Part shown: positions 1-11,800 of the stretch, one piece after another
How the letters are laid out: each line of letters starts with the position of its first letter
How positions within the stretch are numbered: position 1 is the stretch's first letter
DNA from: Auanema rhodensis
Taxonomy: Eukaryota; Animalia; Nematoda
Length of the DNA stretch: 64,000 nucleotides
NCBI GenBank assembly: GCA_964057225.1
Contig: CAXKVF010000073.1
Location: forward strand, 620,001 to 684,000
Direction of reading: 5' to 3'
The notes under the pieces: generated by a model
Database searches by the model: none
Seen by the model: the letters and a program-made list of their open reading frames with translations, nothing else
What the model was told of the DNA's origin: nothing
Translations under genes and position numbers: made by a program

Positions 1-11
1 AAATTTCAAAG

Positions 12-26
12 TCATGGTTACCATGA
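12..26. other. Dyad symmetry TCATGGT-T-ACCATGA (7-bp arms, 1-nt spacer; contains BstEII site GGTNACC), present in each monomer
   Basis: The reverse complement of tcatggt (12-18) is accatga (20-26). The arm is shortened in copies with A26C/T or variants at 23-25. Confidence 0.95.
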
Positions 27-104
27 ACTAATATCAATAAAAATTTGTTTTTAGACTAATATGGACATGGGGAATCTAATTTTGAAAACCGCATCTCTTT
101 ATCT

Positions 105-114
105 TTCACGTGAA
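105..114. other. 10-bp perfect palindrome TTCACGTGAA (CACGTG E-box/G-box/CDEI-like core), present in most monomers
   Basis: Read directly. A second CACGTG lies at consensus 139-144 and a near copy, CACGTA, spans the monomer junction. Confidence 0.93.
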
Positions 115-148
115 GCGAGTTACATACCAAGTGCACATCACGAGTACA

Positions 149-168
149 TTTAATTAGCATAAATTAAA
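149..168. other. Inverted repeat TTTAATT-agcata-AATTAAA (7-bp arms, 6-nt loop), present in most monomers
   Basis: The reverse complement of tttaatt (149-155) is aattaaa (162-168). Confidence 0.9.
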
Positions 169-3100
169 GTTCACGTAAATTTCAAAGTCATGGTTACCAT
201 GAACCAATATCAATAAAAATTTGTTTTTAGACTAATATGGACATGGGGAATCTAATTTTGAAAACCGCATCTCTTTATCTTTCACGTGAAGCGAGTTACA
301 TACCAAGTGCACATCACGTGTACATTTAATTAGCATAAATTAAAGTTCACGTAAATTTCAAAGTCATGGTTACCATGAACCAATATCAATAAAAATTTGT
401 TTTTAGACTAATATGGACATGGGGAATCTATTTTTGAAAACCGCATCTCTTTATCTTTCACGTGAAGCGAGTTACATACCAAGTGCACATCACGTGTACA
501 TTTAATTAGCATAAATTAAAGTTCACGTAAATTTCAAAGTCATGGTTACCATGAACCAATATCAATAAAAATTTGTTTTTAGACTAATATGGACATGGGG
601 AATCTAATTTTGAAAACCGCATCTCTTTATCTTTCACGTGAAGCGAGTTACATACCAAGTGCACATCATGTGTACATTTAATTAGCATAAATTAAAGTTC
701 ACGTAAATTTCAAAGTCATGGTTACCATGCACCAATATCAATAAAAATTTGTTTTTAGACTAATATGGACATGGGGAATCTAATTTTGAAAACCGCATCT
801 CTTTATCTTTCACGTGAAGCGAGTTACATACCAAGTGCACATCACGTGTACATTTAATTAGCATAAATTAAAGTTCACGTAAATTTCAAAGTCATGGTTA
901 CCATGAACCAATATCAATAAAAATTTGTTTTTAGACTAAGATGGACATGGGGAATCTAATTTTGAAAACCGCATCTCTTTATCTTTCACGTGAAGCGAGT
1001 TACATACCAAGTGCACATCACGTGTACATTTAATTAGCATAAATTAAAGTTCACGTAAATTTCAAAGTCATGGTTACCATGAAGCAATATCAATAAAAAT
1101 TTGTTTTTAGACTAATATGGACATGGGGAATCTAATTTTGAAAACCACATCTCTTTATCTTTCACGTGAAGCGAGTTACATACCAAGTGCACATCACGTG
1201 TACATTTAATTAGCATAAATTAAAGTTCACGTAAATTTCAAAGTCATGGTTACCATGAACCAATATCAATAAAAATTTGTTTTTAGACTAATATGGACAT
1301 GGGGAATCTAATTTTGAAAACCGCATCTCTTTATCTTTCACGTGAAGCGAGTTACATACCAAGTGCACATCACGTGTACATTTAATTAGCATAAATTAAA
1401 GTTCACGTAAATTTCAAAGTCATGGTTACCATGCACCAATATCAATAAAAATTTGTTTTTAGACTAATATGGACATGGGGAATCTAATTTTGAAAACCGC
1501 ATCTCTTTATCTGTCACGTGAAGCGAGTTACATACCAAGTGCACATCACGTGTACATTTAATTAGCATAAATTAAAGTTCACGTAAATTTCAAAGTCATG
1601 GTTACCATGCACCAATATCAATAAAAATTTGTTTTTAGACTAATATGGACATGGGGAATCTAATTTTGAAAACCGCATCTCTTTATCTTTCACGTGAAGC
1701 GAGTTACATACCAAGTGCACATCACGTGTACATTTAATTAGCATAAATTAAAGTTCACGTAAATTTCAAAGTCATGGTTACCATGCACCAATATCAATAA
1801 AAATTTGTTTTTAGACTAATATGGACATGGGGAATCTAATTTTGAAAACCGCATCTCTTTATCTTTCACGTGAAGCGAGTTACATACCAAGTGCACATCA
1901 CGTGTACATTTAATTAGCATAAATTAAAGTTCACGTAAATTTCAAAGTCATGGTTACCATGCACCAATATCAATAAAAATTTGTTTTTAGACTAATATGG
2001 ACATGGGGAATCTAATTTTGAAAACCGCATCTCTTTATCTTTCACGTGAAGCGAGTTACATACCAAGTGCACATCACGTGTACATTTAATTAGCATAAAT
2101 TAAAGTTCACGTAAATTTCAAAGTCATGGTTACCTTGCACCAATATCAATAAAAATTTGTTTTTAGACTAATATGGACATGGGGAATCTAATTTTGAAAA
2201 CCGCATCTCTTTATCTTTCACGTGAAGCGAGTTACATACCAAGTGCACATCACGTGTACATTTAATTAGCATAAATTAAAGTTCACGTAAATTTCAAAGT
2301 CATGGTTACCATGCACCAATATCAATAAAAATTTGTTTTTAGACTAATATGGACATGGGGAATCTAATTTTGAAAACCGCATCTCTTTATCTTTCACGTG
2401 AAGCGAGTTACATACCAAGTGCACATCACGTGTACATTTAATTAGCATAAATTAAAGTTCACGTAAATTTCAAAGTCATGGTTACCATGCACCAATATCA
2501 ATAAAAATTTGTTTTTAGACTAATATGGACATGGGGAATCTAATTTTGAAAACCGCATCTCTTTATCTTTCACGTGAAGCGAGTTACATACCAAGTGCAC
2601 ATCACGTGTACATTTAATTAGCATAAATTAAAGTTCACGTAAATTTCAAAGTCATGGTTACCATGCACCAATATCAATAAAAATTTGTTTTTAGACTAAT
2701 ATGGACATGGGGAATCTAATTTTGAAAACCGCATCTCTTTATCTTTCACGTGAAGCGAGTTACATACCAAGTGCACATCACGTGTACATTTAATTAGCAT
2801 AAATTAAAGTTCACGTAAATTTCAATGTCATGGTTACCATGCACCAATATCAATAAAAATTTGTTTTTAGACTAATATGGACATGGGGAATCTAATTTTG
2901 AAAACCGCATCTCTTTATCTTTCACGTGAAGCGAGTTACATACCAAGTGCACATCACGTGTACATTTAATTAGCATAAATTAAAGTTCACGTAAATTTCA
3001 AAGTCATGGTTACCATGCACCAATATCAATAAAAATTTGTTTTTAGACTAATATGGACATGGGGAATCTAATTTTGAAAACCGCATCTCTTTATCTTTCA

Positions 3101-3696
3101 CGTGAAGCGAGTTACATACCAAGTGCACATCACGTGTACAATTAATTAGCATAAATTAAAGTTCACGTAAATTTCAAAGTCATGGTTACCATGAAGCAAT
3201 ATCAATAAAAATTTGTTTTTAGACTAATATGGACATGGGGAATCTAATTTTGAAAACCACATCTCTTTATCTTTCACGTGAAGCGAGTTACATACCAAGT
3301 GCACATCACGTGTACATTTAATTAGCATAAATTAAAGTTCACGTAAATTTCAAAGTCATGGTTACCATGAACCAATATCGATAAAAATTTGTTTTTAGAC
3401 TAATATGGACATGGGGAATCTAATTTTGAAAACCGCATCTCTTCATCTTTCACGTGAAGCGAGTTACATACCAAGTGCACATCACGTGTACATTTAATTA
3501 GCATAAATTAAAGTTCACGTAAATTTCAAAGTCATGGTTACCATGCACCAATATCAATAAAAATTTGTTTTTAGACTAATATGGACATGGGGAATCTAAT
3601 TTTGAAAACCGCATCTCTTTTTCTTTCACGTGAAGCGAGTTACATACCAAGTGCACATCACGTGTACATTTAATTAGCATAAATTAAAGTTCACGT

Positions 3697-5808
3697 AAAT
3701 TTCAAAGTCATGGTTACCATGCACCAATATCAATAAAAATTTGTTTTTAGACTAATATGGACATGGGGAATCTAATTTTGAAAACCGCATCTCTTTATCT
3801 TTCACGTGAAGCGAGTTACATACCAAGTGCACATCACGTGTACAATTAATTAGCATAAATTAAAGTTCACGTAAATTTCAAAGTCATGGTTACCATGAAG
3901 CAATATCAATAAAAATTTGTTTTTAGACTAATATGGACATGGGGAATCTAATTTTGAAAACCACATCTCTTTATCTTTCACGTGAAGCGAGTTACATACC
4001 AAGTGCACATCACGTGTACATTTAATTAGCATAAATTAAAGTTCACGTAAATTTCAAAGTCATGGTTACCATGAAGCAATATCAATAAAAATTTGTTTTT
4101 AGAATAATATGGACATGGGGAATCTAATTTTGAAAACCGCATCTCTTTATCTTTCACGTGAAGCGAGTTACATACCAAGTGCACATCACGTGTACATTTA
4201 ATTAGCATAAATTAAAGTTCACGTAAATTTCAAAGTCATGGTTACCATGAACTAATATCAATAAAAATTTGTTTTTAGACTAATATGGACATGGGGAATC
4301 TAATTTTGAAAACCGCATCTCTTTATCTTTCACGTGAAGCGAGTTACATACCAAGTGCACATCACGTGTACATTTAATTAGCATAAATTAAAGTTCACGT
4401 AAATTTCAAAGTCATGGTTACCATGAACCAATATCAATAAAAATTTGTTTTTAGACTAATATGGACATGGGGAATCTAATTTTGAAAACCGCATCTCTTT
4501 ATCTTTCACGTGAAGCGAGTTACATACCAAGTGCACATCACGTGTACATTTAATTAGCATAAATTAAAGTTCACGTAAATTTCAAAGTCATGGTTACCAT
4601 GAACCAATATCAATAAAAATTTGTTTTTAGACTAATATGGACATGGGGAATCTAATTTTGAAAACCGCATCTCTTTATCTTTCACGTGAAGCGAGTTACA
4701 TACCAAGTGCACATCACGTGTACATTTAATTAGCATAAATTAAAGTTCACGTAAATTTCAAAGTCATGGTTACCATGCACCAATATCAATAAAAATTTGT
4801 TTTTAGACTAATATGGACATGGGGAATCTAATTTTGAAAACCGCATCTCTTTATCTTTCACGTGAAGCGAGTTACATACCAAGTGCACATCACGTGTACA
4901 ATTAATTAGCATAAATTAAAGTTCACGTAAATTTCAAAGTCATGGTTACCATGAAGCAATATCAATAAAAATTTGTTTTTAGACTAATATGGACATGGGG
5001 AATCTAATTTTGAAAACCACATCTCTTTATCTTTCACGTGAAGCGAGTTACATACCAAGTGCACATCACGTGTACATTTAATTAGCATAAATTAAAGTTC
5101 ACGTAAATTTCAAAGTCATGGTTACCATGAAGCAATATCAATAAAAATTTGTTTTTAGAATAATATGGACATGGGGAATCTAATTTTGAAAACCGCATCT
5201 CTTTATCTTTCACGTGAAGCGAGTTACATACCAAGTGCACATCACGTGTACATTTAATTAGCATAAATTAAAGTTCACGTAAATTTCAAAGTCATGGTTA
5301 CCATGAACTAATATCAATAAAAATTTGTTTTTAGACTAATATGGACATGGGGAATCTAATTTTGAAAACCGCATCTCTTTATCTTTCACGTGAAGCGAGT
5401 TACATACCAAGTGCACATCACGTGTACATTTAATTAGCATAAATTAAAGTTCACGTAAATTTCAAAGTCATGGTTACCATGAACCAATATCAATAAAAAT
5501 TTGTTTTTAGACTAATATGGACATGGGGAATCTAATTTTGAAAACCGCATCTCTTTATCTTTCACGTGAAGCGAGTTACATACCAAGTGCACATCACGTG
5601 TACATTTAATTAGCATAAATTAAAGTTCACGTAAATTTCAAAGTCATGGTTACCATGAACCAATATCAATAAAAATTTGTTTTTAGACTAATATGGACAT
5701 GGGGAATCTAATTTTGAAAACCGCATCTCTTTATCTTTCACGTGAAGCGAGTTACATACCAAGTGCACATCACGTGTACATTTAATTAGCATAAATTAAA
5801 GTTCACGT
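3697..5808. repeat. Tandem duplication of a 6-monomer (1056-bp) higher-order unit
   Basis: The order CACC/T149A, AAGC/G91A, AAGC/C56A, AACT, AACC, AACC occurs twice. The private SNP C56A is at 4104 and 5160, 1056 apart. Confidence 0.9.
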
Positions 5809-8800
5809 AAATTTCAAAGTCATGGTTACCATGAACCAATATCAATAAAAATTTGTTTTTAGACTAATATGGACATGGGGAATCTAATTTTGAAAACCGC
5901 ATCTCTTTATCTTTCACGTGAAGCGAGTTACATACCAAGTGCACATCACGTGTACATTTAATTAGCATAAATTAAAGTTCACGTAAATTTCAAAGTCATG
6001 GTTACCATGCACCAATATCAATAAAAATTTGTTTTTAGACTAATATGGACATGGGGAATCTAATTTTGAAAACCGCATCTCTTTTTCTTTCACGTGAAGC
6101 GAGTTACATACCAAGTGCACATCACGTGTACATTTAATTAGCATAAATTAAAGTTCACGTAAATTTCAAAGTCATGGTTACCATGCACCAATATCAATGA
6201 AAATTTGTTTTTAGACTAATATGGACATGGGGAATCTAATTTTGAAAACCGCATCTCTTTATCTTTCACGTGAAGCGAGTTACATACCAAGTGCACATCA
6301 CGTGTACAATTAATTAGCATAAATTAAAGTTCACGTAAATTTCAAAGTCATGGTTACCATGAAGCAATATCAATAAAAATTTGTTTCTAGACTAAGATGG
6401 ACATGGGGAATCTAATTTTGAAAACCGCATCTCTTTATCTTTCACGTGAAGCGAGTTACATACCAAGTGCACATCACGTGTACATTTAATTAGCATAAAT
6501 TAAAGTTCACGTAAATTTCAAAGTCATGGTTACCATGAAGCAATATCAATAAAAATTTGTTTTTAGACTAATATGGACATGGGGAATCTAATTTTGAAAA
6601 CCACATCTCTTTATCTTTCACGTGAAGCGAGTTACATACCAAGTGCACATCACGTGTACATTTAATTAGCATAAATTAAAGTTCACGTAAATTTCAAAGT
6701 CATGGTTACCATGAACCAATATCAATAAAAATTTGTTTTTAGACTAATATGGACATGGGGAATCTAATTTTGAAAACCGCATCTCTTTATCTTTCACGTG
6801 AAGCGAGTTACATACCAAGTGCACATCACGTGTACATTTAATTAGCATAAATTAAAGTTCACGTAAATTTCAAAGTCATGGTTACCATGAACTAATATCA
6901 ATAAAAATTTGTTTTTAGACTAATATGGACATGGGGAATCTAATTTTGAAAACCGCATCTCTTTATCTTTCACGTGAAGCGAGTTACATACCAAGTGCAC
7001 ATCACGTGTACATTTAATTAGCATAAATTAAAGTTCACGTAAATTTCAAAGTCATGGTTACCATGAACCAATATCAATAAAAATTTGTTTTTAGACTAAT
7101 ATGGACATGGGGAATCTAATTTTGAAAACCGCATCTCTTTATCTTTCACGTGAAGCGAGTTACATACCAAGTGCACATCACGTGTACATTTAATTAGCAT
7201 AAATTAAAGTTCACGTAAATTTCAAAGTCATGGTTACCATGAACCAATATCAATAAAAATTTGTTTTTAGACTAATATGGACATGGGGAATCTAATTTTG
7301 AAAACCGCATCTCTTTATCTTTCACGTGAAGCGAGTTACATACCAAGTGCACATCACGTGTACATTTAATTAGCATAAATTAAAGTTCACGTAAATTTCA
7401 AAGTCATGGTTACCATGAACCAATATCAATAAAAATTTGTTTTTAGACTAATATGGACATGGGGAATCTAATTTTGAAAACCGCATCTCTTTATCTTTCA
7501 CGTGAAGCGAGTTACATACCAAGTGCACATCACGTGTACATTTAATTAGCATAAATTAAAGTTCACGTAAATTTCAAAGTCATGGTTACCATGAACCAAT
7601 ATCAATAAAAATTTGTTTTTAGACTAATATGGACATGGGGAATCTAATTTTGAAAACCGCATCTCTTTATCTTTCACGTGAAGCGAGTTACATACCAAGT
7701 GCACATCACGTGTACATTTAATTAGCATAAATTAAAGTTCACGTAAATTTCAAAGTCATGGTTACCATGCACCAATATCAATAAAAATTTGTTTTTAGAC
7801 TAATATGGACATGGGGAATCTAATTTTGAAAACCGCATCTCTTTATCTTTCACGTGAAGCGAGTTACATACCAAGTGCACATCACGTGTACATTTAATTA
7901 GCATAAATTAAAGTTCACGTAAATTTCAAAGTCATGGTTACCATGCACCAATATCAATAAAAATTTGTTTTTAGACTAATATGGACATGGGGAATCTAAT
8001 TTTGAAAACCGCATCTCTTTATCTTTCACGTGAAGCGAGTTACATACCAAGTGCACATCACGTGTACATTTAATTAGCATAAATTAAAGTTCACGTAAAT
8101 TTCAAAGTCATGGTTACCATGAACCAATATCGATAAAAATTTGTTTTTAGACTAATATGGACATGAGGAATCTAATTTTGAAAACCGCATCTCTTCATCT
8201 TTCACGTGAAGCGAGTTACATACCAAGTGCACATCACGTGTACATTTAATTAGCATAAATTAAAGTTCACGTAAATTTCAAAGTCATGGTTACCATGCAC
8301 CAATATCAATAAAAATTTGTTTTTAGACTAATATGGACATGGGGAATCTAATTTTGAAAACCGCATCTCTTTATCTTTCACGTGAAGCGAGTTACATACC
8401 AAGTGCACATCACGTGTACATTTAATTAGCATAAATTAAAGTTCACGTAAATTTCAAAGTCATGGTTACCATGCACCAATATCAATAAAAATTTGTTTTC
8501 AGACTAATATGGACATGGGGAATCTAATTTTGAAAACCGCATCTCTTTATCTTTCACGTGAAGCGAGTTACATACCAAGTGCACATCACGTGTACAATTA
8601 ATTAGCATAAATTAAAGTTCACGTAAATTTCAAAGTCATGGTTACCATGAAGCAATATCAATAAAAATTTGTTTTTAGACTAATATGGATATGGGGAATC
8701 TAATTTTGGAAACCACATCTCTTTATCTTTCACGTGAAGCGAGTTACATACCAAGTGCACATCACGTGTACATTTAATTAGCATAAATTAAAGTTCACGT

Positions 8801-11800
8801 AAATTTCAAAGTCATGGTTACCATGAACCAATATCAATAAAAATTTGTTTTTAGACTAATATGGACATGGGGAATCTAATTTTGAAAACCGCATCTCTTT
8901 ATCTTTCACGTGAAGCGAGTTACATACCAAGTGCACATCACGTGTACATTTAATTAGCATAAATTAAAGTTCACGTAAATTTCAAAGTCATGGTTACCAT
9001 GAACTAATATCAATAAAAATTTGTTTTTAGACTAATATGGACATGGGGAATCTAATTTTGAAAACCGCATCTCTTTATCTTTCACGTGAAGCGAGTTACA
9101 TACCAAGTGCACATCACGTGTACATTTAATTAGCATAAATTAAAGTTCACGTAAATTTCAAAGTCATGGTTACCATGAACCAATATCAATAAAAATTTGT
9201 TTTTAGACTAATATGGACATGGGGAATCTAATTTTGAAAACCGCATCTCTTTATCTTTCACGTGAAGCGAGTTACATACCAAGTGCACATCACGTGTACA
9301 TTTAATTAGCATAAATTAAAGTTCACGTAAATTTCAAAGTCATGGTTACCATGAAGCAATATCAATAAAAATTTGTTTTTAGACTAATATGGACATGGGG
9401 AATCTAATTTTGAAAACCACATCTCTTTATCTTTCACGTGAAGCGAGTTACATACCAAGTGCACATCACGTGTACATTTAATTAGCATAAATTAAAGTTC
9501 ACGTAAATTTCAAAGTCATGGTTACCATGAACCAATATCAATAAAAATTTGTTTTTAGACTAATATGGACATGGGGAATCTAATTTTGAAAACCGCATCT
9601 CTTTATCTTTCACGTGAAGCGAGTTACATACCAAGTGCACATCACGTGTACATTTAATTAGCATAAATTAAAGTTCAAGTAAATTTCAAAGTCATGGTTA
9701 CCATGAACTAATATCAATAAAAATTTGTTTTTAGACTAATATGGACATGGGGAATCTAATTTTGAAAACCGCATCTCTTTATCTTTCACGTGAAGCGAGT
9801 TACATACCAAGTGCACATCACGTGTACATTTAATTAGCATAAATTAAAGTTCACGTAAATTTCAAAGTCATGGTTACCATGAACCAATATCAATAAAAAT
9901 TTGTTTTTAGACTAATATGGACATGGGGAATCTAATTTTGAAAACCGCATCTCTTTATCTTTCACGTGAAGCGAGTTACATACCAAGTGCACATCACGTG
10001 TACATTTAATTAGCATAAATTAAAGTTCACGTAAATTTCAAAGTCATGGTTACCATGAACCAATATCAATAAAAATTTGTTTTTAGACTAATACGGACAT
10101 GGGGAATCTAATTTTGAAAACCGCATCTCTTTATCTTTCACGTGAAGCGAGTTACATACCAAGTGCACATCACGTGTACATTTAATTAGCATAAATTAAA
10201 GTTCACGTAAATTTCAAAGTCATGGTTACCATGAACCAATATCAATAAAAATTTGTTTTTAGACTAATATGGACATGGGGAATCTAATTTTGAAAACCGC
10301 ATCTCTTTATCTTTCACGTGAAGCGAGTTACATACCAAGTGCACATCACGTGTACATTTAATTAGCATAAATTAAAGTTCACGTAAATTTCAAAGTCATG
10401 GTTACCATGAACCAATATCAATAAAAATTTGTTTTTAGACTAATATGGACATGGGGAATCTAATTTTGAAAACCGCATCTCTTTATCTTTCACGTGAAGC
10501 GAGTTACATACCAAGTGCACATCACGTGTACATTTAATTAGCATAAATTAAAGTTCACGTAAATTTCAAAGTCATGGTTACCATGCACCAATATCAATAA
10601 AAATTTGTTTTTAGACTAATATGGACATGGGGAATCTAATTTTGAAAACCGCATCTCTTTATCTTTCACGTGAAGCGAGTTACATACCAAGTGCACATCA
10701 CGTGTACATTTAATTAGCATAAATTAAAGTTCACGTAAATTTCAAAGTCATGGTTACCATGCACCAATATCAATAAAAATTTGTTTTTAGACTAATATGG
10801 ACATGGGGAATCTAATTTTGAAAACCGCATCTCTTTATCTTTCACGTGAAGCGAGTTACATACCAAGTGCACATCACGTGTACATTTAATTAGCATAAAT
10901 TAAAGTTCACGTAAATTTCAAAGTCATGGTTACCATGAACCAATATCGATAAAAATTTGTTTTTAGACTAATATGGACATGAGGAATCTAATTTTGAAAA
11001 CCGCATCTCTTCATCTTTCACGTGAAGCGAGTTACATACCAAGTGCACATCACGTGTACATTTAATTAGCATAAATTAAAGTTCACGTAAATTTCAAAGT
11101 CATGGTTACCATGAACCAATATCAATAAAAATTTGTTTTCAGACTAATATGGACATGGGGAATCTAATTTTGAAAACCGCATCTCTTTATCTTTCACGTG
11201 AAGCGAGTTACATACCAAGTGCACATCACGTGTACATTTAATTAGCATAAATTAAAGTTCACGTAAATTTCAAAGTCATGGTTACCATGAACCAATATCA
11301 ATAAAAATTTGTTTTTAGACTAATATGGACATGGGGAATCTAATTTTGAAAACCGCATCTCTTTATCTTTCACGTGAAGCGAGTTACATACCAAGTGCAC
11401 ATCACGTGTACATTTAATTAGCATAAATTAAAGTTCACGTAAATTTCAAAGTCATGGTTACCATGCACCAATATCAATAAAAATTTGTTTTTAGACTAAT
11501 ATGGACATGGGGAATCTAATTTTGAAAACCGCATCTCTTTATCTTTCACGTGAAGCGAGTTACATACCAAGTGCACATCACGTGTACATTTAATTAGCAT
11601 AAATTAAAGTTCACGTAAATTTCAAAGTCATGGTTACCATGAACCAATATCAATAAAAATTTGTTTTTAGACTAATATGGACATGGGGAATCTAATTTTG
11701 AAAACCGCATCTCTTTATCTTTCACGTGAAGCGAGTTACATACCAAGTGCACATCACGTGTACATTTAATTAGCATAAATTAAAGTTCACGTAAATTTCA

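Larger units (their letters stand above)
1..176. repeat. Representative satellite monomer (176 bp; this copy carries C29T and T143A)
   Basis: First period of the array. The phase is arbitrary and set by the window start. Confidence 0.97.

Noticed and set aside
36-41. AATAAA polyadenylation signal in each monomer
   Set aside because: Expected by chance in 68% AT sequence, and there is no gene context.
63-72. G-quadruplex or telomeric motif from GGACATGGGG
   Set aside because: There is only one G4 run per 176 bp and no telomeric repeat.
1-176. Tandem RNA gene (5S rRNA, tRNA, snRNA, spliced leader)
   Set aside because: I recognise no cloverleaf, A/B/C boxes or conserved RNA sequence. An Infernal/Rfam search would settle it.
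1-176. Assignment to a named satellite of similar length (Brassica CentBr 176 bp, Arabidopsis CEN178, primate alpha satellite)
   Set aside because: Only the length is similar. The sequence does not match what I recall of those families, and taxonomic assignment needs a database search.
4026-4208. 60-aa minus-strand ORF (MLIKCTRD...)
   Set aside because: It lies wholly inside the satellite and exists only because C56A (4104) changes a minus-strand TAG to TAT. The other monomers keep the stop, and there is no recognisable domain.
5082-5264. Second identical 60-aa ORF
   Set aside because: It is a passive copy of the same SNP within the 1056-bp duplication, not independent evidence of coding.
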